Assembly: GCA_963749565.1 (NCBI GenBank)
Contig: CAVVNL010000022.1
Location: forward strand, 44,782-108,781
DNA: 64,000 nucleotides
Direction of reading: 5' to 3'
From: an uncultured Acidobacteriota bacterium
Lineage (GTDB): Bacteria > Acidobacteriota > Vicinamibacteria > Vicinamibacterales > CAVVIG01
In this document: positions 32,831 through 42,619 of the stretch, one piece after another
How positions within the stretch are numbered: position 1 is the stretch's first letter
Layout of the letters: each line of letters begins with the position of its first letter
Made by a program: the position numbers and the translations under genes
Notes under the pieces: generated by a model
The model's database searches: none
What the model was told of the DNA's origin: nothing
Seen by the model: the letters and a program-made list of their open reading frames with translations, nothing else

Positions 32831-32876
32831 GGACTTCAGGCTCCTGGCTCTGGGCCACAGCCCGGGACCTTGAGCC
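32831..32876. repeat. REP-like palindrome, family C, copy 1
   Basis: GGACTTCAGGCTCCTGGCTCTGGGCCACAGCCCGGGACCTTGAGCC, directly after the receptor stop. Homologous to 36096-36135. Confidence 0.55.
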
Positions 32877-33056
32877 TCGGGGTCCTCCCCTTCAAATTCT
32901 TGAACGTCGCGAGACCTCAGGTCCTTTCCGTCGCGAAATACAGTCGTCGCGGGATTGGGCTTCTCGAGGCCCCTGTCTAATGTCGCGCCGTTGGGCTGCG
33001 CGCGTAACGGTCCCAGCGGATCCGGATCTTCCGAACAGTCTGTCAAGGAGGGCGCG

Positions 33057-36000
33057 ATGAGTAGTTTCGTCTCGCGGGCGGTGGCGGCTCTGTTGGTTCT
33101 CTTGCTCTTACCGGCGGCCGCCCACGCACAGGCGGCCATTACCGGCGTCGCCAGGGACACGTCCGGCGGCGTGTTGCCGGGTGTGACGGTCGAAATCGCG
33201 AGCCCCGTCATGATTGAGAAGGTTCGTTCGGCCGTGACGGACGGCACCGGCCAGTTCCGGATCGTCGATCTGCGCCCGGGCATCTACTCGGTAACCTTCT
33301 CGCTGCCAGGCTTCAGCACGGTCCGGCGCGAAGGGATCGAGCTGACGGGCAACTTCGTGGCCACGGTCAACGGCGCGCTGAACGTCGGTGCTCTCGAGGA
33401 AACGATTACCGTCACGGGCGAGACGCCGATCGTCGACGTCCAGAGCGCCCGGGTGCAGCAGACGGTCAGCAAGGACATCCTCGCCGCCATTCCGAGCTCG
33501 CGGAATGCCGGAGGTATCCAGGCGCTGATTCCCGGCATGAGCTCCGGGGGCGATAGCGGCGGCATCACCGGCGGGCAATCCGGCGGCGCCGGGACCATCC
33601 ACGGCGGTCGCGGGAACGATTCCCGCACCCAGAGCGACGGCAACAACACCGGGTGGGCCGGCGGCAGCGCGGGGGGCGGGAATACGCCGAACGTGGCTGG
33701 TGCGCAGGAAGTGGTGCTCGCCACCTCCGGCGGCCTCGGCGAAGCGGAAACGTCCGGGGTGATTCTGAACGTCATACCCCGCGACGGCAGCAACAACTTC
33801 AGCGGCCAGGTCAACTTCTCCGGCTCGAACAGCGCGCTGCAAGGCAGCAACTACACGCAGGAGCTGCAGGACGCTGGCCTCGGGAGCCCTTCCGAACTGA
33901 AGAGCGTGTACGACATCAATCCGATGGGCGGCGGCCGCATCATCCGGGACAAGCTCTGGTTCTACCTCACCTATCGGCAGACCGGTTCGGAGAGAACGGT
34001 CCCGGGCATGTGGTTCAACAACAACGCCGGCAACCCGAATGCCTGGACGGTCGATTTCGATCGGAGCCGGCCGGCGTTCAACGACAACCTGGATCGGAAC
34101 GGGATCGCGCGCATCACGTGGCAGATCACGCCGCGCAACAAGTTCTCGATGCACTGGTCGGAGCTGTACACGACCAGCTCCACGAAGGGCGGCGGCGCGC
34201 GACGACGACGCCGGAAGCGAGCGGCCGGACGCTCTTCCAGCCGTCGCGGATTCCGTCGGCGAGCTATTCGGCGCCGGTCACGAGCCGGGTCCTGCTGGAG
34301 GCCGGCTGGGGCGCCTACGAGGCGCGGTACCGGAACCCGCAGCCGCGGCTGGACGGCAGCCACAACGACCGGATGATCCGGTTGCAGGAACAGGGCGGCG
34401 AGATCCCGAACCTGACGTCGCGGATGCCCGCGGGCGTGGGCGGCGGCTTCAATCATCATCTGATCGGGACGATCGCGGCGCTGCGCGGGTCCGTGTCGTA
34501 TGTCACCGGCGCGCACAACATGAAGTTCGGCTACCAGGGCGGATTCAGCAACCCGTCGCAGACCTACACGTTCTTCAACGAGATCATCCACATCCGGACC
34601 AATAACGGGGTCCCGAACCGGCTGACGCAGACCATTCAGTACCCGACCGGCGTCAAGTTCGTCCGGAACCTGCTGCCGACGTCCTTCTACGGGCAGGATC
34701 AGTTCACCACCGGCCGGCTGACGCTGCAGGGCGGCATCCGGTACGACCATCTGACGACCAACTATCCCGACTCGGGCATGGGCGGCCCTGGCTTCGCGGC
34801 CTCCGCCCCGGACGTGATCTTCTATCCCAAAGGATCGACCCCCGGGATCGACTGGGACGACGTCACCGCCCGGATGGGCGTGGCCTACGATCTGTTCGGG
34901 ACCGGCAAGACGGCGCTGAAGTTCAACCTGGGCAAGTACATGGAAGCCTTCGTGGCGAGCAACAGCGACTTCGACCTCAACCCGCTGATTCGCACGACGG
35001 TCAGCACGACGCGCGTGTGGACCGACATCAACAAGGATTTCGTGGCGAACTGCAACCTCGCCAACACCGAGAAGAACGGCGAATGCGGCGACATGTCGAA
35101 CAACACCCTCGGGAAAGAGGTGTTCCAGCGCAGCTACGATCCGAACCTCATCTCCGGCTTTGGCCACCGCCCCTACAGCTGGTCGCTGGGCGCGTCGGTC
35201 CAGCAGGAGCTCTTTCCCCGCGTCTCGCTGAACGTCGGCTACTTCCGAAACTGGTGGGGGAATTGGTACGGCGTCGACAACCGGGCGACGACGGCGGCCG
35301 ACTACACCCAGTTCAGCATCACGGCGCCGAAGGATGCGCGGCTGCCGGGCGGCGGCGGCCACGTCATCAGCGGCTTGTATAACCTCGTCCCGGGCAAGGT
35401 CGGGGAGGTCGACGAGCTCGCGCAGCATGTGACCAACTTCGGAGAGGCCGCGGAGAACTGGCAGGGCGTGGACGTCAACGTCGTCGCGCGGCTGCGCAAC
35501 GGGCTCACGGTCCAGGGCGGCACGAGCACCGGGCGCCGGCTCTCGGACGTCTGCGCGATCAAGCCGGTCATCCCGGAGTACGGCGAGGGCCCGGCAGGCG
35601 GGAACGAGTCGATCACTGCGGGCGCGCCCGACGACCCGTATTGCCGCAACGTCGAGCCGTACCAGACGGATTTCCGGGGGCTCGCGACGTACCTGATCCC
35701 CGGGATCGGCGTCCAGGTGAGTGCAACGTGGCGCAGCTTGCCCGGGGACGAGATCGCGGCGAACTACGTCGTGAACAACACGGTGGCCAACGCCGGGCCG
35801 CAGCCGCTCGGCCGCAATCTCTCGGACGGCACCATCACGGTGAACCTGCTCGCGCCGCATACGCTGTATTCCGAGCGCGAGAACCTCCTCGACTTCCGGG
35901 TCGCGAAGATCTTCCGCTACGGCCGGACGCGCACGCAGGTCGGCGTCGACATCTACAACCTCATGAACAGCGATCTCGTAACGGCGCGGACGACGACGTT

Positions 36001-36085
36001 CTCGCCGACGAGCACGGCGTGGCTGCGGCCGACGGGGATTCAGCCGGCGCGGTACGCCCGGATCAGCGCACAGTTCGATTTCTAG
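33057..36085 (+). CDS. TonB-dependent receptor-like outer-membrane protein with N-terminal CarboxypepD_reg domain, paralogue 2; frame break about 34195
   Basis: ATG at 33057 after AAGGAGGGCGCG. MSSFVSRAVAALLVLLLLPAAAHAQA, GVARDTSGGVLPGVTVEIASPVMIEKVRSAVTDGTGQFRIVDLRPGIYSVTFSLPGFS. ORFs 32955..34376 and 33653..36085 join at ...STKGGGA/TTTPEA. Ends ...ARISAQFDF. Confidence 0.85.
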
Positions 36086-36095
36086 AACAGACTTT

Positions 36096-36135
36096 GGGCT
36101 TCAGGCTCTTGGCTCTGGGCCAAAGCCCGAAGCCC
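36096..36135. repeat. REP-like palindrome, family C, copy 2
   Basis: GGGCTTCAGGCTCTTGGCTCTGGGCCAAAGCCCGAAGCCC, with outer arms GGGCTTC / GAAGCCC. Confidence 0.55.
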
Positions 36136-36142
36136 GGAGCAC

Positions 36143-36186
36143 GAGAAAAACGGGCCCGCGTCTCGCAAAGAGGGCGGGCCTTTTTC
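36143..36186. terminator. bidirectional Rho-independent terminator between convergent genes
   Basis: GAGAAAAA-CGGGCCCGC-gtctcgcaaagag-GGCGGGCC-TTTTT. A GC stem flanked by an A-tract and a T-tract, lying between the receptor stop (36085) and the response-regulator stop (36185). Confidence 0.6.
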
Positions 36187-36836
36187 AGGAAATGACTCCG
36201 CGGCGCACCGCGTAGAGGACGAGCTCGGCGGTGTTGTGCACGTCGAGCTTCTGCAGGATGTGGGCGCGATGGGTCTCGACCGTCGCGGGGCTGACTGACA
36301 GCAGATCGGCAATTTCCTTGTTGCTGTGCGCTTCGGCGATCAGCTGGAAGATTTCCCGCTCGCGTTCGGACAGCGAGTCGTAGCGGTCGGTGAGCCCCTT
36401 GTCGGCCAGGTGCCGGACGTAGTCGTCGAGCATCACTTTGGCCACCGCCGGGCTGAAGAACGATTTGCCGGCGGCGACGGCGGCCACCGCCCGGATCAGC
36501 TCGTTGTCGGCGGAATCCTTCAGAAGATACCCCCGGGCGCCGGCCTTCATCGCCTGAATGATGTAGGCCTCCTCGGCGTGCATGCTCAGGATGAGGATGT
36601 TGATGGCCGGGAAACGGCGGGCGATCTGCCGCGTCGCCTCGATGCCGTTCAGCAGCGGCATGCCGATGTCGAGGACCACCACGTCGGGCTGTCATCGCCA
36701 GCGCCTGGCGAACCGTTTCTCGTCCATCGCTCGCCTCCGCCACGACTTCCCAGTCGGGCTGTTCTTCGAGAATCTTCCGGAGGCCCTGCCGCATCAGCGT
36801 GTGATCGTCGGCGAGGAGAATGTTGAGGTGACTCAT
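36185..36836 (-). CDS. NarL/FixJ-family response regulator (REC + LuxR HTH); frame break about 36690
   Basis: MSHLNILLADDHTLMRQGLRKIL (ORF 36063..36836) joins VVVLDIGMPLLNGIEATRQI...LSEREREIFQLIAEAHSNKEIADLLSVSPATVETHRAHILQKL (ORF 36185..36682). Confidence 0.85.
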
Positions 36837-38324
36837 GCGCGCCTCTCGTGATGGGGCTCCGTCCTCGGTTGTGGCGGCTCGCCGGGCTGGCCGTCGGCGA
36901 CGGCCTGGCGCGACCGCGCGGGCAGCTCCACGGTCAGCCGGGTGCCCTTGCCCGGTGCGGTCTCGAGCCGCAGCGTCCCGCGCAGTTGCGAAACACGCTC
37001 ACGGATACCGACCAGGCCAAGGCCGCGTGTCCCCTCCGCGGCCCGGCGTCTCCGCCTGATCGAATCCCGTGCCGTCATCCTCGATCGTGATCAGCACCGT
37101 GTTCGGGAGCCGCTGGAGGTAGACGCGGCATCGGGTGGCGCGCGCGTGCTTGGCGACATTGGTCAGCGCCTCCTGCACGATGCGATACGCGGCGGCCTCG
37201 ATTTCCGGCATGAGCCGTTCGTCCATGCGGTCGTGGAGCACGTCCACGCGGATGCCATGGCGCTTGCCGAAGCCCCGCAAGTACCACTCGATCGCCGCAG
37301 TCAGTCCCAGATCGTCGAGCAGAGCGGGATGGAGCAGGTGGGACAGGTCGCGAACCGTGGCAATGGCCCCGTCAGCAATCGACCGCGCATCGTCCAACAG
37401 GTGGATGCCGCCACCGCCGGCGTCGACGGCGCGCTGGGCGACGGCCAGTTCGACCTTGATGGCCGTGAGCACCTGCCCGACTTCGTCGTGCAGCTCGCGG
37501 GCGATGGTGCGCCGTTCCTCTTCCTGGGCGGTGATGAGCTTCGCAGACAGCTTCTGGAGCTCCCTCGCGTTCTCCGCGTCCTTGACCTGCTGACCGCGCA
37601 CCCGTTGCTCCAGACGGCCGGCATATATCGTGGCGAGCAGGCCGATGCCGAAGCTCGTCACCAGGGCGAGCCCAAGGCCCTGCCACACGCGGCGCTGCGT
37701 CTCGCCGTAGATCTTCACGATCTCGGCTTGCTGCTGGACGAACGCGCTGCGATTGAGCGCCTGGACGTCTTCGGAGACGCGAATCGCGACTTCGCGCTTG
37801 GGCACCACCTGAGTATTGAGAACGGTGCGTGCCTGGGCGGCCGAACGTCGGCCCTCGGGTGCGAGCACGTCCACCATGGCGCTGTGAAAACTGCCGATTT
37901 CGCGGCGGAGCTCCTCGATACGTTCGCCCTCAATGGAGGAATCGAGGACGGGAACGTATTGCTCGAGTGCCTCTTCCACCGCACGATACGTCTCTTCGAG
38001 CCGCCGGCGATACGCGGGCGCAGCCGTGGGATCCGCGTCGAGCAGCGCGTCGCGGACGAAGACGGATTCCAGGAGCACTTGTGCGCGGACCGTTGAAAGC
38101 AGCTCCTGTGCCCGCATGTACCGGGCGTTGACCGCCGCGGCGCGGTTGCCGACCTCCGTGATGCGGGTGGTGAAGTAGGAGCCGGCGAACAACCACACGC
38201 CGAAAGTCAAGCCGAAGCCGAGCAGCAGGGCCGTCCTGATCGTGACTCCGGTGAATGGCCAGACGGACGGCGCCGGATGATCGATCACCGACGGCCGGGA
38301 TGCGCGAGACAGCACATGACGCAT
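36833..38324 (-). CDS. sensor histidine kinase, HisKA_3 (NarX/DesK-like) with periplasmic/coiled sensor region; frame break about 37045
   Basis: Two TM helices. H-box ARELHDEVGQVLTAIK, N-box EALTNVAKHA, DDGTGF. GLGLVGIRERV lies in ORF 36833..37078. The stop overlaps the regulator ATG (ATGA). Confidence 0.85.
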
Positions 38325-38403
38325 CTTATCGCCGGATGGGTGCCGGTCAGTCGGCGAGGCAGCCTTTACAGGGTTACCGGCCGGAGATTACCGCCTGGAC
38401 GGG

Positions 38404-39294
38404 ATGCCCACGATTCCGGCGGGTCGATATCGTCAGGACATGCCCGTCGCGAGCCCCGTTCCGTCAATCGTCGTGTATTCCGACGTGGACCCTGTCCTGC
38501 TGGATCCGTACACGCCGCGTTTCGCGGCCGCCGCCGCCGCGCTCAGAGAAATTGAGCTCGACGATGCGGCGCTGGTGCTTTGTTCGGGCCACACACGCGC
38601 GGAGCTCGAGTTCATCCAACAGAAGCTGGACATCAACCATCCGTTCATCTGCGAGAACGGCGGGGCCGTTCTCATCCCGGACGGCTATTTCCGGTTCGAC
38701 GTGGCCAACACACGCAGCCTCCCCGGGTACCACGCCGTCGAATTCGGCAGGCCCTATGCCGACGTCGTCGACATCCTTCACCGGACGGCTGACGCCTTGC
38801 GCCTTCCCGTCGTCGGTTTCAGCGACATGTCGATCGAGAACGTTGCGCAGGAATGCCGCCTGCCGATGCTTCAGGCCCGGCTGGCGAAGTTGCGGGAGTA
38901 CCAGGAACCCTTCCGCCTTCTGACCCCGAGCTCCGCGGCATGGTCGCGGCTCTGCAAAGCGCTGCACTGCGCGAGCCTTCGCTGCACGCGGGGTCAAACC
39001 TTCGATCGAGTGGGCGCGCCGGTCGATTGCAGCGTCGGCGTGAATCTTCTCAACAGTCTCTATCGGCGGTCGCGCGCCGTTGTGACGACCGTCGGCCTGA
39101 CGCAGCCAACGAACGAAGACAGTCTGCTGCCACTCGTGGATCATTCGATCACGGTCGCCGCCGAGCAGACGGCCGCCGGCGCCCCGGCGGTCATCGACGT
39201 CGTCGACTGGGCAGCCGCCATTGTCGACACGGTGCACGAACTTCGTCGAAACAGGAGGCAGAAATGGTTCGAAGATCCGTTGCACGAAAGGTAA
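38404..39294 (+). CDS. HAD-IIB hydrolase resembling mannosyl-/glucosyl-3-phosphoglycerate phosphatase (YedP/MpgP-like) with atypical catalytic motifs
   Basis: Colinear with the YedP pattern: VVYSDVDPVLLD (vs FSDLDGTLLD), LVLCSGHTRAEL (vs ILCSSKTSAEM), PFICENGGAVLI (vs PLIAENGAVI). Motif IV reads GLTQPTNED instead of GLGDGPND. Alternative start is the ATG at 38440. Confidence 0.6.
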   Translation: MPTIPAGRYRQDMPVASPVPSIVVYSDVDPVLLDPYTPRFAAAAAALREIELDDAALVLCSGHTRAELEFIQQKLDINHPFICENGGAVLIPDGYFRFDVANTRSLPGYHAVEFGRPYADVVDILHRTADALRLPVVGFSDMSIENVAQECRLPMLQARLAKLREYQEPFRLLTPSSAAWSRLCKALHCASLRCTRGQTFDRVGAPVDCSVGVNLLNSLYRRSRAVVTTVGLTQPTNEDSLLPLVDHSITVAAEQTAAGAPAVIDVVDWAAAIVDTVHELRRNRRQKWFEDPLHER

Positions 39295-39771
39295 TGAGGC
39301 CGGTTGCATGGATGGCTGCAGGAGCGTTGTGGCTGGGAAGCGTGGTATCGCAGGCCCAGGCGCCGGCGGAGACGTCTTCCGAGCCGCATCGAGCGCAAAA
39401 GCAACGCCGCGGTTTTTGGTTCAGACGCGGGGTTGGTGCTGAATTTCGTCAAGCCGGACAAGACGGCGGATTTCGAAGCCGTCGTCGCCCGGGTGCGCGA
39501 GGCGCTGCAGAAGAGCGTCAAAAGCGAGCGTCAACAGCAGGCCGCGGGATGGAAGGTCTTCCGCGCCCAGGAACCGGGCGCCAACGGCAGCGTGTTGTAT
39601 GTGTTCACGATGGATCCGGCAGTCAAAGGCGCGGACTACGCGGTTTCGGCGATCCTCGCGGAAGCGTTTCCAACCGAGGCCCAGGCGCTTTACCGAACGT
39701 ATGCGGAAGCGTACGCGTCGGGTCAGAACTATGTGAACCTGACGCTCACCTCAGCGCTCGGTCAGCCCTGA
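39264..39771 (+). CDS. small secreted protein of unknown function; frame break about 39400
   Basis: AGGAGG 6 nt before the ATG at 39264. MVRRSVARKVMRPVAWMAAGALWLGSVVSQAQA signal peptide. The body lies in ORF 39304..39771 (...LNFVKPDKTADFEAVVARVREALQKS...). Confidence 0.45.
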
Positions 39772-39815
39772 CGTAGAGGACGGCGTCTCAGCGGCCATCC
39801 TGCCGCTTCAGTCCG

Positions 39816-40100
39816 TTACCTGCCCTCGATCGGCCCGGCGGGCTTGACGTCCTTGATGATGAAGACTTTCTCGCCGGGCCTGATCAGTCCCAGCTCGCGC
39901 CGCGCGATCTCCTCGATCGCCGCGGGGTCCTCCCGGAGGCGGCGCGCTTCCTCGCGCATCCGGGCGTTCTCGGCGCGCTGACGGGCCACGGCGGCGGCGG
40001 CGGTATCATACTCGCGCCGGGCGCGCATCATGGCCAGCAACCCGCGGTCGCCGACGAGGCCGTCGATCACGATCACCGACGCCACGAACAGCAGGAGCAT
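39816..40100 (-). CDS. ftsB: septum formation initiator family protein (FtsB/DivIC-like)
   Basis: N-terminal TM MLLLFVASVIVIDGLVG, a coiled coil RREYDTAAAAVARQRAENARMREEARRLREDP, then AAIEEIARRELGLIRPGEKVFI. Confidence 0.7.
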   Translation of the reverse strand: MLLLFVASVIVIDGLVGDRGLLAMMRARREYDTAAAAVARQRAENARMREEARRLREDPAAIEEIARRELGLIRPGEKVFIIKDVKPAGPIEGR

Positions 40101-40237
40101 GCGGGCGATGTGGCCCCGGCGCCAGGGACGCGGTGTCGTTTCTCCACGCTTCGCCAGCGGCTGGTAGTGCGCCTCTTGCCACGTCCCGAAACATTACAAC
40201 ATCGCGGGCGCAAAGTACAGCGCAGAAATGGTTGAGC

Positions 40238-40569
40238 ATGACTTCGCGCTGACATCGTCATCGTCCTCACGACCGCCCCGGACGACGAGCGCGCCGAGCG
40301 CCTGGGCCCGGACGCTCGTCGAGGAGCGCCTTGCCGCGTGCGTCAACGTCCACGGTCCGATGACCTCTTTCTATCGGTGGAAGGGCATGGTCGAGCGCGA
40401 GGCCGAACGGCAGGTCGTGATCAAGACGACGCGCGAGCGCGTCGCGGCGCTGCGGGTACGGCTGGGCGAGCTCCACTCGTACGAGCTGCCGGAGTTCGTG
40501 GTCCTGAACGTCGACAACGGCAGCGACGAGTACCTCAAATGGGTCGTGGACCAGACGCGGCCGCACTGA
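40238..40569 (+). CDS. cutA: divalent-cation tolerance protein CutA; N-terminal frame breaks about 40250 and about 40305
   Basis: IVIVLTTAPDDERAERL (one frame) joins ARTLVEERLAACVNVHGPMTSFYRWKGMVEREAERQVVIKTT...LHSYELPEFVVLNVDNGSDEYLKWV (ORF 40228..40569). Confidence 0.75.
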
Positions 40570-40582
40570 AGACAGTCGCAGG

Positions 40583-40607
40583 CCGGACTAAAGTCCGGCG
40601 GTACCCA
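40583..40607. repeat. REP-like hairpin related to family A
   Basis: GCCGGACTAAAGTCCGGC followed by GGTACCC, lying between the cutA stop and the dedA stop. Confidence 0.4.
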
Positions 40608-40626
40608 AGCTAGGGTCCGCCCTGCG

Positions 40627-41202
40627 CTATGTACCGGACCTACGCCGGTGCCGGATGAACTCGATCAGCATCGGGAGGATCGACACGAACACGATCCCGA
40701 TCGTGATCAACGAGAAGTTCTGCTTGACCACCGGGATGTTGCCGAACAGGAACCCCGCTCCCATGCAGATGCCCACCCACGCCACCGCGCCGGTGAGGTT
40801 GTAGAAGACGAAGGTGCTGTACGTCATCTGCCCCGCGCCGGCGACAAACGGCACGAACGTCCGCACGATCGGCACGAAGCGCCCGAGCACGACCGCCTTG
40901 CCGCCATACCGTTCGAAGAAGGCGTGCGCCTGCTCCAGGTGCTGGCGGTTGAGCAGGCGATGCAGGAGGCCCGACTGGTCGGTCGCGGTGAAGACCCGCG
41001 GCCCGATGCGCCGGCCAATCGCGTAGTTCACCGAATCGCCGGCGAACGCCGCGAAAATCAGCAGGCCGGCGGCTGTCGGCGCGTTGAGCGCGCCGGTCGC
41101 TGCAATGGCGCCGGTCGCGAAGAGCAGCGAATCTCCGGGCAGGAACGGCATGATGACGACGCCGGTTTCGACAAAGACAATCGCGAACAGGAATCCGTAC
41201 AC
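40627..41202 (-). CDS. dedA: DedA family membrane protein
   Basis: YGFLFAIVFVETGVVIMPFLPGDSLLF, GKAVVLGRFVPIVRTFVPFVAGAG. The frame stays open upstream (IDFILHFDQHLLEFVAEYGSW, to about 41265) without a canonical start, so the true start is probably upstream of the GTG at 41202. Confidence 0.85.
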   Translation of the reverse strand: MYGFLFAIVFVETGVVIMPFLPGDSLLFATGAIAATGALNAPTAAGLLIFAAFAGDSVNYAIGRRIGPRVFTATDQSGLLHRLLNRQHLEQAHAFFERYGGKAVVLGRFVPIVRTFVPFVAGAGQMTYSTFVFYNLTGAVAWVGICMGAGFLFGNIPVVKQNFSLITIGIVFVSILPMLIEFIRHRRRSGT

Positions 41203-41275
41203 CCACGAGCCATATTCGGCGACGAACTCGAGCAGGTGCTGGTCGAAATGAAGGATGAAATCGATCCGATCGTCG

Positions 41276-42434
41276 TCACACGCGGTCTAGCGCCTGCCCG
41301 AGGTCGGCTTTCAGGTCTTCGAGGTCCTCGATGCCCACCGACAGGCGCACCAGCCCGTCGGTGATGCCGAGGGCCGCGCGTCGTCTCGGCGGGGACCGAT
41401 GGGTGGGTCATCGTGGCCGGGTGCGAGATGAGCGTCTCGACGCCTCCGAGGCTTTCGGCGAGCGCGCAGAGGCGGACGGCGTTGAGCAGCCGCCGCGCGG
41501 CCTCGAGCGAGCCCATCTCCATCGCCAGCATCCCGCCAAAGCCGCGCATCTGCCGCCTGGCCAGTGCGTGCTGGGGGTGGGAGGGCAGCCCGGGGTAGTG
41601 AACAGCCTTCACTTTCGGGTGCGCCTCCAGATACTGGGCCATGGCCAGGCCGTTCGCGTTGTGCCGCTCCATCCGGAGCGCCAGCGTCTTCGTGCCGCGC
41701 AGAACGAGCCACGCGTCGAACGGACCGAGGATCGCGCCCGCGGCGTTCTGCACGAACTTCAGCCACTCGATGTCGTCGTCGCGCGTGGCCACGACCACGC
41801 CGCCGACGCTGTCGCTGTGGCCGTTGAGATACTTGGTCGTGCTGTGCATGACCAGATCGGCCCCGGACTCGATCGGCCGCTGGACGTAAGGGCTCGCAAA
41901 GGTGTTGTCCACGACGAGACGCAGGTCGTGGCGGTGCGCGAGCTCGGCGGCGGCTGCCAGATCCGTGAGGCGCATCACCGGGTTGGTCGGCGTCTCGACA
42001 AACAGCATCCGCGTCGCGGGCGTGATCGCCTGCTCGACCTCGTCCAGATTCGCGGTATCGACGTAGGAGAAGGTGATCGCCGCGCGGGTCAGCACCTTGT
42101 CGAAGAACCGGAACGTCCCGCCGTAGGTGTTCCTCGAGACGACCACATGGTCGCCGGCCTTGAGCATCGTGCCGATGGCGCCGATCGCCGCCATTCCGGA
42201 CGCAAACGCGAATGCCGCCTTGCCGCCTTCGATCCCCGCGATGTTGCCCTCGAGCGCAAATCGCGTCGGATTCTGCGTGCGCGCGTACTCGAAGCCCTTG
42301 TGGACGCCCAGCTCGTCCTGCACGTAGGTGGAGGTCTGATAGATCGGCGTGACGATGGCGCCAGTGGATCGATCCGGTTCCTGGCCTGCGTGCAGGCAGA
42401 CGGTACTGAAACGCGCGCCACTACTGAGCTTCAT
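41276..42434 (-). CDS. PLP-dependent trans-sulfuration enzyme (cystathionine gamma-synthase/gamma-lyase, MetB/MetC family); frame break about 41385
   Basis: ATG at 42434 ([21 protein letters not shown]). [32 protein letters not shown] (PLP lysine), [15 protein letters not shown]. The C-terminus [32 protein letters not shown] lies in a shifted frame. Confidence 0.85.
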
Positions 42435-42619
42435 CGATCCCGGTACGATAGCATCATCTGCTAATATCGCGAAGCCCGCGGCATGGCCGTAGAACCAGCA
42501 CAATCATTGCCTTCGACATCGTCACTCTTCGACGTCGTCGATAACGGGGCTCACCGCCCGCGCGGCCGTCCGGCGCGCCGCTGCTGCGCACGCTGCCGGG
42601 CCGCGCGATCGTCATCGGC

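Noticed and set aside
33971-35860. 629-aa minus-strand ORF (and similar ones at 30976..31842, 55740..57128, 57514..58995)
   Set aside because: They are antisense to the TonB-dependent receptor and the sigma/kinase/qor genes. They are low-complexity Arg/Gly/Pro-rich translations.
42483-42619. N-terminal extension of the PP2C phosphatase from the ATG at 42483
   Set aside because: It is plausible (the frame is open from 42545 and the upstream ORF has an ATG), but it requires an extra frame shift near 42570. It is noted in the feature and not adopted for the coordinates.
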